Assembly: GCA_965204375.1 (NCBI GenBank)
Contig: OZ241986.1
Span: 704,001-768,000 of the forward strand
Direction of reading: 5' to 3'
DNA: 64,000 bases
Origin: Candidatus Latescibacterota bacterium
Lineage (GTDB): Bacteria > Latescibacterota > UBA2968
Every line of letters begins with the position of its first letter. Positions within the stretch are counted from its first letter, which is position 1. Both the position numbers and the translations under genes were made by a program. Shown in pieces: positions 9,501 to 16,326 of this stretch. The notes under the pieces were generated by a model, which was given only the letters and a program-made list of their open reading frames with translations, was not told the DNA's origin and searched no databases.

Positions 9501-10972
9501 AACTATGGAATGTAGGGACAAGACAAAATATCGCGACTTTTGCGGGGCATGCGGGATCTGTCGAGTCTATTGCGCTCTCTCCCGATGGCATAACGCTTGC
9601 ATCGGGATCAGGGGATGGTACGGTCAAGCTATGGGATATGGCGATGCGAACAAATATTGCCACATTTGCGGGACATAGGGCTGGGGTTAAATCGGTAGCG
9701 TTTTCACCTGATGGCACAATGCTCGCTTCAGGATCAGAGGATAATACGATTAAGCTATGGGACCCGGTGATGCGAACAAATATCGCTACACTTGTGAGGC
9801 ATACGGATGCTGTCAATTTTGTGGATTTCTCCCCCAATGGTACAATACTCGTCTCAGGATCAGAGGATAATACCGTCAACCTATGGGACGTTGTGACACA
9901 AAATATCACCACTCTTGAAGGGCATATGGGCAGTATCAATTCTTTGATGTTTTCGCCTGATGGTACAACACTCGCTTCCGGGTCAAGGAATGGTACAGTT
10001 ATTTGGGACGTTGCGACACAAAATATCACCACACTTGCAGAGAGTCATATAGGGGGTGTCCTGTCTATTGCGTTTTCATCCGGTGGTACAACACTCGCTT
10101 TAGGATTAAATTCTGGTGCGATTAAGCTATGGGACGTTGCGATGGGGTACAATATAACTACTCTTGCGGAGCGTATGAGTACTGTAACTTCTGTTGCGTT
10201 TTTGCCCGATGGTACAACCATCGCCTATGGAGTGGATAGAACGGTCAAACTATGGGACGTTTTAACGGGAACAAATATCGCTACCCTTGAGGGGCATACG
10301 GTCCAGGTCACTTCTGTGGCATTTTCACCCGATGGTACAACGCTCGCTTCAGGTTCTAAGGATAATACAATCAGCTTATGGGACATTCCAACAAGACAAC
10401 ATATCGCTACTCTAAGGCATAGTAGCTTCGTTGAAGCTGTGGTGTTTTCACCTGACGGCACAACGCTTGCCTCAGGGTCACGGGATAGAACGGTCAAACT
10501 TTGGGATGTTGCGACAAAAGAAAATATTGTCACTCTATCCGGGCATGAGTATAGTGTAGAATCTGTGGCATTTTCCCCTGATGGGACAATACTTGTCTCA
10601 GGATCAGAGGATAGAACGGTCAAACTTTGGGATGTTGCGAAAAGAGAACATATCATCACCCTTGAGGGACATACAGGATTTGTCAATTCTGTTGCGTTTT
10701 CGCCCGATGGCACAACGCTCGCTTCAGGTTCAAATGATGGCACGGTTCTGGTGTGGGATGTGTCGCTATACATTACACCTCAGACTCCTGATCCCGACTT
10801 TGATGGTGATGGTACTGTTGGTTTTAGCGACTTTTTGCTTTTTACAAGCCTGTTTGGATTAAGTCGCGGCGATGAGCAGTATGACGCGAAGTACGATTTG
10901 GATGGAGATGGCACAATTGGGTTTGGCGATTTTCTGATCTTTGCCAGAAGTTTCGGCAAGGATGGATCATAA
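6578..10972 (+). CDS. Secreted multidomain protein: metzincin peptidase + WD40 propellers + Ig-like (Big_1) domain + dockerin/EF-hand-like tail
   Basis: Signal peptide from ATG 6578; HELGHAFGLGH with IMSYG Met-turn; about 20 GH...SVAFSPDG..LASGS.D.TVKLWD repeats; ISGDNQQG...TDANGRA Ig segment; two DxDGDGTxGFxDFL motifs. Confidence 0.88.
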   Translation: MKNPILRFPFSRLLSVCLFALLCLSSIGQASSLPSNDMHFCLPLNLEDTQARDSIYAATKHALNLNVGEPRTVRMIYFLPNDRPFRQEVVDSMKVTIRQIQTFYTEQMQAHGHGNKTFRFETDARGEPIVHRVDGQYPDNHYLDDTFITVFNEIEQAFDVRENIYFIVIDNSIDAIGTGGGRRAAGIASSMGKNGGFALVPGGLSWILAAHELGHAFGLGHDFRNGTYIMSYGPGWDRLSACSAGFLAVHPYFNPSVEAHEALPPKIELISQTGYPAGSTSVSIQLEVSDSDGLHQVILFAGESVKACRGLNSAKESVVEFDYDGIIPSTFEFSFDSVSQGPTSLSNPDVHLISIEVVDTEGNVSRVSFYLWEISPHYIATLEGHTNGISSVIFSSTGAILASNSENDENGTIKLWDVATKENIATFHTVGSSFVAFSPDGATLAIGGLGEKTVRLWDIAKKENIAVLENTGSVASLAFLPDKKTLAAVSVFSSGLTVRLWDVVTKQNIATYSDISLKDVDYITSIVFSPDGTTLAWSGVSLADVGNVWLWDVSTRRNMATLEHAKEVGSVAFSPDGRTLASGAGDNTIKLWDMTTQTNIATFEGHKSLIGSVAFSPDGRTLASGSYDNVRGSLNNTIKLWDVATGQNIATYRHGEQGIFSLTFSPDGTTLVSGASDGTVILWDVSKPRPKTLVQISGDNQQGLTNTQLDNPFVVEVRDQNGNLLEGVQVIFTVTTGDGKLNGRFTVANRTTDANGRAQSTLTLGLNLGTNIVTASVDGIVDKIEVTFNSEGIGTPTTPIIGGDYQTWHLPDAAIIRLGKGHISYGDRAIAISPDGQRLAVASGIGVWLYDVVTLRELALLAHTDQVTSVAFSLDGTMLASGTGDGTVKLWNVEAGQNIATFAGHAGSVESIALSPDGKTLATGSGVWDGTVKLWDVTTGRTIATLKGHTGFIESVAFSPDGKILASGAWDGTVKLWNVGTRQNIATFAGHAGSVESIALSPDGITLASGSGDGTVKLWDMAMRTNIATFAGHRAGVKSVAFSPDGTMLASGSEDNTIKLWDPVMRTNIATLVRHTDAVNFVDFSPNGTILVSGSEDNTVNLWDVVTQNITTLEGHMGSINSLMFSPDGTTLASGSRNGTVIWDVATQNITTLAESHIGGVLSIAFSSGGTTLALGLNSGAIKLWDVAMGYNITTLAERMSTVTSVAFLPDGTTIAYGVDRTVKLWDVLTGTNIATLEGHTVQVTSVAFSPDGTTLASGSKDNTISLWDIPTRQHIATLRHSSFVEAVVFSPDGTTLASGSRDRTVKLWDVATKENIVTLSGHEYSVESVAFSPDGTILVSGSEDRTVKLWDVAKREHIITLEGHTGFVNSVAFSPDGTTLASGSNDGTVLVWDVSLYITPQTPDPDFDGDGTVGFSDFLLFTSLFGLSRGDEQYDAKYDLDGDGTIGFGDFLIFARSFGKDGS
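9264..9588 (+). repeat. Identical 67-bp direct repeat inside the WD40 array (9264-9330 and 9522-9588)
   Basis: GACAAAATATCGCGACTTTTGCGGGGCATGCGGGATCTGTCGAGTCTATTGCGCTCTCTCCCGATGG occurs twice, 258 bp apart. Confidence 0.9.
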
Positions 10973-11033
10973 ATCGCGCTTTTTGGTGATGTCTGAAATT
11001 GTTCACAGTATTGGAAAAGAGGAGTGATTACTT

Positions 11034-11825
11034 ATGGCTGCCAAAAATATGGTAATGCTTTTCGATGAATCTGGAACACCAACTATCAAAGACAATCCAA
11101 GAACTGATTGGTTTCTTGGCGTTGGCATGGCGTACGAGCAGTCTGCTGAGAAGATGATCTTTTCCAGATGTAAAGATGCCTGCGGTCTGGCTAAGAGCAG
11201 GCCGTTGAAAAACGACCGCATTGAAAATTCCCGTGCAGTATGTATTGCAAAGCTCTTGGCAGATTTGCCTGTGTCCATATTTGTTTCTCGTGTGAATACT
11301 GTAGATCCAAAATATCGTAAAATCATAGTTGATTATGAGGGCTTTGGTAACAAAATTAGGGAGGAATTTCGACAAATTCGAGAACGTCCTATACCTCAAA
11401 TTATCCATTCCCATGTACTTGATCATTGTTTATTCCATTTGATCACGGGCTATTTTGAGCAAGGTGGAGGCGATGCTGCCTTTTCAGTATTTATTGATAA
11501 TTGGTCTATTTCTCCAAACGATATTAATATTTACCTCAAAGAAAGGGCTACATCTCTGCACAGAGCGATATCATCACTTTGTGCGAATTATGCCGAAGGT
11601 CAACCTGTTTCAATATCACATTTGGAATTGCTTAACACAGACACCCCCAGAAAGAGATTCGTTGATGTGGTAGCCAGTGTATTCAGCAGAGCATACCTAA
11701 AAAGGGAAAATCAGAGGTATTCATGTGAGGCTGCCGATATCCTTCAAGAATGTGGAAAGGCATCGTGTAATGATGCGACGCAATATTTGATTAATTTCAT
11801 GCAAGCGATAATGGAAGAAAGTTAA
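11034..11825 (+). CDS. DUF3800-like (RNase H fold) protein
   Basis: N-terminal MLFDESGT...WFLGVG, internal VFIDN, C-terminal FVDVVAS. Confidence 0.65.
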   Translation: MAAKNMVMLFDESGTPTIKDNPRTDWFLGVGMAYEQSAEKMIFSRCKDACGLAKSRPLKNDRIENSRAVCIAKLLADLPVSIFVSRVNTVDPKYRKIIVDYEGFGNKIREEFRQIRERPIPQIIHSHVLDHCLFHLITGYFEQGGGDAAFSVFIDNWSISPNDINIYLKERATSLHRAISSLCANYAEGQPVSISHLELLNTDTPRKRFVDVVASVFSRAYLKRENQRYSCEAADILQECGKASCNDATQYLINFMQAIMEES

Positions 11826-11943
11826 GATTGAGCACTTTGAAGGTGGTGGTGCGCCTGCGCTCAATTCTTGGGGGTGCCTAAAACCCAGTTCAGACCAGAG
11901 AAAGCGAACATCCGATGCCAAATCCAGAGGATTTTAGGCCGTT

Positions 11944-12165
11944 ATGATTAAACTGCGCCCATACTGACAAGGCTTGTTGAGGCAGGTTCAAGATGCTTTA
12001 GATGCTGATGCGCGGGTGATGATGCAGTTGCCTACTGGCGGTGGCAAGACGATTATCGCTGGGTACTGCTGGTTAATTGGCTCACGGATGGGCAACCACT
12101 GTCTGAATCAGAATTTACAGGATGAGAAGATGAACAGGATGAAAGGCGGTGCTTTGACCCATCGC
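11944..12165 (+). pseudogene. Remnant of an SF2 DEAD/DEAH helicase N-terminus
   Basis: MIKLRPY*QGLLRQVQDAL...MQLPTGGGKTIIA, then frameshifted WLTDG/[47-bp insert]/RKAV..LTHR; truncated afterwards. Confidence 0.75.
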
Positions 12166-12307
12166 ATTCGCAAGTTTGGGGACAGGGGTGTTTTGCTATA
12201 AAAAGGGCAAGGCTGTGACAGCGTGTGTGGGATGGGTTTTGGATAGGTGGTTTAGGCGGGTGGGTATCCTGTATATCCTCAAATCCTGAGCATCCTGATT
12301 CTGACAA
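12094..12307. repeat. Pair of inverted arrays with about 9-bp period (AGGAT/ATCCT units), REP/MITE-like
   Basis: TGTCTGAATCAGAATTTACAGGATGAGAAGATGAACAGGAT (12100-12140) resembles the reverse complement of 12266-12306, TGTCAGAATCAGGATGCTCAGGATTTGAGGATATACAGGAT. Confidence 0.7.
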
Positions 12308-12362
12308 GGTGGTGGCAAGCAAGAGAAATATTTTGAAATATGGGACAACCGAGCAATAGGGC

Positions 12363-12410
12363 AAAAACGTACGTGTTAAATATTGACACGTACGTTTTTT
12401 TGATTATTTT
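12363..12410 (+). promoter_or_regulatory. Promoter with perfect 14-bp inverted repeat (TA autoregulatory operator candidate)
   Basis: AAAAACGTACGTGT-9nt-ACACGTACGTTTTT overlapping TTGACA (12383-12388), upstream of the antitoxin. Confidence 0.7.
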
Positions 12411-12458
12411 AACTTTTACAGCCTGTCGTGAAATAGTCTATTTGCTCGGGAGTGTGAC

Positions 12459-12695
12459 ATGAAAACAATTACACCAACTGAATTGCGTGGGAATATCTAC
12501 CAAATACTGGATGAGATCTTAAATACGGGTGTACCCGTCAAAATCAATAAAGGAGATCGAAAGCTCATTATCGCACCGATAGAAAGTATAGACAAACTTC
12601 AGAACTTGCCGAAAAGGAAGAATGTGATTAAAGGCGATCCCGAGGATCTGGTTCATATTGCCTGGGACAAGGAGGTGAATCTTGATCTACCTTGA
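12459..12695 (+). CDS. Phd/YefM family antitoxin
   Basis: MKTITPTELRGNIYQILDEILNTGVPVKI; overlaps the PIN gene. Confidence 0.85.
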   Translation: MKTITPTELRGNIYQILDEILNTGVPVKINKGDRKLIIAPIESIDKLQNLPKRKNVIKGDPEDLVHIAWDKEVNLDLP

Positions 12696-13056
12696 TACCC
12701 ATGTTGTGGTGTGGTTATACGCTGGTCAAACAGAAAAATTGAGCGCAAAGGTCAGATCATACATTAATGAAAATGATATTTATATCTCTCCAATCGTCAG
12801 TTTAGAATTGCAATATCTGCTCGAGGTCAAACGCATCACCCCAAAACCACAGACGGTTATTTCCGCTTTGTCAGAGGCAATAGGGCTTAATGTCTGCGAT
12901 AAAAACTTCTATCAAATTGTCCAGTGTGCTCAACAGTACTCATGGACACGCGATCCGTTTGACCGCATCATCGTGGCACAAGCGGGGTTGAACGACAATA
13001 CACTCGTAACAAAAGATCAAACCATTTTAACACACTTTAAGCATGCCGTGTGGTAG
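12682..13056 (+). CDS. vapC: PIN-domain toxin
   Basis: IYLDTHVVVW, ISPIVSLEL, RDPFDRIIVAQA, LVTKD. Confidence 0.9.
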   Translation: MIYLDTHVVVWLYAGQTEKLSAKVRSYINENDIYISPIVSLELQYLLEVKRITPKPQTVISALSEAIGLNVCDKNFYQIVQCAQQYSWTRDPFDRIIVAQAGLNDNTLVTKDQTILTHFKHAVW

Positions 13057-13264
13057 AACGTCACGAAGTCATTTTGGCGTCACTGCGCATGCAAACACGC
13101 TATCCTTTGCGAATCTATCTTCCACAACTGTTGAAAACCGTCTCTCCCACCACAGAGAATGCGATGCGTACGATGAAAATATTTTGAAATGCGGTTGACA
13201 AAATGGCGTTGTTGCTACACTTTTTGTTTGTTGGGATAATTGAAACGACAAAAGGAGAACTGCA

Positions 13265-13549
13265 ATGATACGACCAATAGCAGTGGAACCGCGTGATGGT
13301 TACTGCATCTGGGTCCGCTATTCGGACGGAATCGAGGGTGAGATAGACTTATCAGATATGGCTGGGCGTGGCGTGTTTGCAGCCTGGAATGACCGCACAT
13401 TCTTTGAGACTGTGCGCGTGGCAGATGGGGGCGCAATAGCGTGGGGCGATGATTTAGATATTTGTCCGGACGCGCTTTATATGGAACTTACGGGGAAATC
13501 TGTGGCGGAAGTGATGCCGGGCGCACAAGTTGTGGTTGAGAATGCCTGA
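13265..13549 (+). CDS. DUF2442 family protein (TA-associated)
   Basis: IWVRYSDGIEGEIDLS...GAIAWGDDLDICPDALY. Confidence 0.85.
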   Translation: MIRPIAVEPRDGYCIWVRYSDGIEGEIDLSDMAGRGVFAAWNDRTFFETVRVADGGAIAWGDDLDICPDALYMELTGKSVAEVMPGAQVVVENA

Positions 13550-13565
13550 ACTTTGTCGCTTTTAA
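13542..13565 (+). pseudogene. Seven-codon stub of a DUF4160-like gene
   Basis: ATG CCT GAA CTT TGT CGC TTT TAA = MPELCRF*, overlapping the DUF2442 stop; DUF4160 proteins typically begin MPxIxRFxG. Confidence 0.5.
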
Positions 13566-13639
13566 TGTGAAGGAAGGACACTTACAAGGCAATGGCGAAA
13601 AGTAAGTATATAAGCGGCTCTGGAGACAAGGAGAACAAC

Positions 13640-13933
13640 ATGGCTACGACGCTCAAGCCGGAAACAGAAACTCGCATCGCCGATTTAGCCAAGCGGCTGG
13701 GCTTTGCTGGCCCGGATGCAGTGGAGCAGGTGCTGCATAAGGCACTGGACGATCTGGACGCCAAAATGCCTCCAGTATGCCGTAAGATGACGCCAGAGGA
13801 AATGGAGAAAGAAATGGCGTATTGGATAGAAGTTGGGCGCCGAAACCGCGCTCGGCATCCGTATGACGACGAAAATCCACCGTCCAAAGTCTGGCAGGAT
13901 GAGCTATACGATGATCAAGGACTTCCGAAATGA
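13640..13933 (+). CDS. VapB-type antitoxin (Rv0623-like)
   Basis: ATG 13640 after AAGGAG; C-terminal DELYDDQGLPK; ATGA overlap with the PIN gene. Confidence 0.8.
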   Translation: MATTLKPETETRIADLAKRLGFAGPDAVEQVLHKALDDLDAKMPPVCRKMTPEEMEKEMAYWIEVGRRNRARHPYDDENPPSKVWQDELYDDQGLPK

Positions 13934-14322
13934 TGGTGGCCGATACATCCGCGATTATGGCAGTAATAACCAATGAGTCGGAAGGCCCCACATTTTTAGA
14001 TGCGATGGTCAACGATGGAGAAGTGCTGGTATCTACTGCCAGTGCTGTTGAACTTATGATTGTTACCATGGGGAGAGGCGGTGACGTCTATCAGTCTGCC
14101 ACCCAATTCCTTAGACGCCCTTTCGTTCGTTTAATTCCATTAGACGAGGCACAGGTGTGGGCCGCCACCGATGCCTTCGAGCGTTATGGCAAAGGTCGTG
14201 GGCATCCCGCAGGTCTCAATCTTGGCGATACTTTTGCTTATGCACTGGCGACTGTGCGGCGTTTGCCATTACTTTTCAAGGGTGACGATTTTACCCAAAC
14301 AGACATTGCATCGGTGGTGTAG
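13930..14322 (+). CDS. vapC: PIN-domain toxin
   Basis: VADTSAIMA...RYGKGRGHPAGLNLGDTFAYA...LLFKGDDF. Confidence 0.92.
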   Translation: MMVADTSAIMAVITNESEGPTFLDAMVNDGEVLVSTASAVELMIVTMGRGGDVYQSATQFLRRPFVRLIPLDEAQVWAATDAFERYGKGRGHPAGLNLGDTFAYALATVRRLPLLFKGDDFTQTDIASVV

Positions 14323-14399
14323 CCGCTAAAATCCCACTAATCTTTTCAACAGCAACTTTTAGCTGATATAACCCAAAACAAGAAATAGAAAGGCATACC

Positions 14400-15254
14400 A
14401 TGGATATGACGAAACAACCGCCTCGCCGGCCGACCAACACTTCAATGCTCGGTATTGTTTCACTTGCGCGTTTGACCGATAAAGCGCGGGCGCACCGGGC
14501 AAATACGATTGGCGAACACCTCTATGGCGAGAATTCGGGGTTGGATAAAATAGTGCTCGAATTTCTCGGCGTCTCGCACGATGACTTTGCTGATGCAGCC
14601 GAGCGCATGAATGACGCGGAATTGGGCGATTGGCTGCGCGAAAATTACCCTAAAACCGAAGAGGAAATCCAGGCGTACAACAACGAGCTTCTCACATGGG
14701 AACCCTTTGATGAGGCGAGTCGCCAGCGCTTAGAAGATCGCCTTGAAAAGTTCAATGCCGATCCCGATAAGGTGAAAACGATGCTCCAATCGATGGAACT
14801 CGACGACTGGGGTTGTTACCGGGATACCGATCTGAACCAGCGGCCACCGCGCTCGCCGTATAACAGCGATGTCGCTGGTATTTACGGCGGATCGCGCATG
14901 GGCGATAAAGCACGCGCGGCAAAGGCGGGCAAACTCAATGACTATATCTACGATTGTCCCATTGATAAGGTCATTCTCGATTTTCTCAATATATCCGCCG
15001 AAGATTTTCAGGACGCGGCCTATCACAATGTCAACGATATCGAACTTGGGGATTGGGTGCTCGAACACACGGATCGCACGCAGGATGAAATCTCGCGTCT
15101 GAACGAGGCGCTCTCTCAGAAGGGCCCCGAGAATGACGAGCAACGCGCAATTTTCAACATAACGCTCAAGCGCGTGGCACCCGGTCGCACCAATATCACG
15201 ACCTGGTTTGACTTGCTCGACCTCGACGACGCACACGCATATAACCTGGGATAA
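14400..15254 (+). CDS. Tandem DUF5069-domain protein
   Basis: Two repeats of PPRxP...RxxDKARA...D..L.FL.....F...DxELGDW. Confidence 0.75.
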   Translation: MDMTKQPPRRPTNTSMLGIVSLARLTDKARAHRANTIGEHLYGENSGLDKIVLEFLGVSHDDFADAAERMNDAELGDWLRENYPKTEEEIQAYNNELLTWEPFDEASRQRLEDRLEKFNADPDKVKTMLQSMELDDWGCYRDTDLNQRPPRSPYNSDVAGIYGGSRMGDKARAAKAGKLNDYIYDCPIDKVILDFLNISAEDFQDAAYHNVNDIELGDWVLEHTDRTQDEISRLNEALSQKGPENDEQRAIFNITLKRVAPGRTNITTWFDLLDLDDAHAYNLG

Positions 15255-15264
15255 GAGGGGGGAT

Positions 15265-15537
15265 ATGCCCGAACCCGTCGAACTTCCAATTGATGGCGAA
15301 CTCGATCTTCACCTCTTTCATCCGCGCGATGTCAAGGCTCTCGTGCCCGATTATCTCGATGAATGCAAACAGCGCGGCATTTCCGATGTGCGTATTATTC
15401 ACGGCAAGGGCACGGGTGCGCTGCGAGAAACCGTTCATGCGATCCTGAAACGCCGGCCCGATGTTATCGCATATTATCTCACCGATCACAACTGGGGTTC
15501 GACCTCTGTTGTTCTCAACCTGAAGACGCAATCGTGA
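15265..15537 (+). CDS. Stand-alone Smr domain protein
   Basis: ELDLHLF...VRIIHGKGTGALRETVHAIL...WGSTSV. Confidence 0.9.
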   Translation: MPEPVELPIDGELDLHLFHPRDVKALVPDYLDECKQRGISDVRIIHGKGTGALRETVHAILKRRPDVIAYYLTDHNWGSTSVVLNLKTQS

Positions 15538-16298
15538 CGCCCAATTTAGAACTCGTCGAATACATCCAAAATGCCGAGCGCATTCTCATCTTCACGGGGG
15601 CAGGTGTTTCCACCGCGAGTGGCATACCCGATTTTCGCGGGCCCGATGGCGTGTGGAAAACCCGGCGACCGGTTTATTACCAGGATTTTATGACTTCTGA
15701 AGAAGCGCGTGTCGAAGCTTGGGATCAAAAACTCGAAGGCTGGGCTGCCTTTGAAAACGCCCGTCCCAATGCCGTTCACAAGGCTGTTGTGAAGCTCGAG
15801 CGATCAGACAAAATAGAATGTGTCATCACGCAAAATATCGATGGCCTGCATACCCGGGCTGGCACCTCACCTGAACGCTTGATCGAATTGCACGGCACCA
15901 ATGCAGAAGTCGAATGTCAGACTTGTGGTAAACGCAGTGATCCCGAACGTCACTACGCTGCTTTTCGCCGTACAAAAAAACCTCCCATGTGCGAGTGCGG
16001 AGGTTATCTCAAATCTGCCACTATCAGCTTTGGCCAACTACTCATTGAAGCGGACTTACACCGGGCAGCAAAAGCTGCGGCCAATGCCGACCTGGCGATC
16101 TCCCTGGGTTCTACTCTATCCGTCTATCCCGCCGCGAGCTTTCCATTGATGGCAGCAGAACGCGGTGCCCCCTATGTGATTATCAATAAGGGCAAAACTG
16201 ATCACGATAGTTATGCAGATCTCGCATTGCGCCTTGAAGGCGATGTAACAGAAATTTTCCCACTATCTGTAGAAGAAGCACTTAAGCCTGTCCTGTAA
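15534..16298 (+). CDS. cobB: Sir2 family NAD-dependent protein deacylase
   Basis: GAGVSTASGIPDFRG, TQNIDGLH, ELHG, CxxC/CxC zinc site, GSTLSVYPAA; GTG start overlaps the Smr stop. Confidence 0.88.
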   Translation: MTPNLELVEYIQNAERILIFTGAGVSTASGIPDFRGPDGVWKTRRPVYYQDFMTSEEARVEAWDQKLEGWAAFENARPNAVHKAVVKLERSDKIECVITQNIDGLHTRAGTSPERLIELHGTNAEVECQTCGKRSDPERHYAAFRRTKKPPMCECGGYLKSATISFGQLLIEADLHRAAKAAANADLAISLGSTLSVYPAASFPLMAAERGAPYVIINKGKTDHDSYADLALRLEGDVTEIFPLSVEEALKPVL

Positions 16299-16326
16299 AG
16301 GGCAGGCTCTTTCGCGTCTTATTTTT

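Noticed and set aside
7858-10773. Repetitive antisense ORFs (e.g. 9172-10032) and apparent DNA periodicity suggesting a CRISPR or DGR
   Set aside because: These are the shadow of the WD40 coding repeats. There are no unique spacers, cas genes or reverse transcriptase.
4804-14322. Integron or prophage explanation for the TA hotspot
   Set aside because: I could see no integrase, complete attC sites or phage structural genes.
15534-16298. Sirtuin as a Thoeris/DSR-type NADase effector
   Set aside because: It has the zinc-binding insert and full motif set of ordinary CobB-like deacylases, and no defence partner domain.
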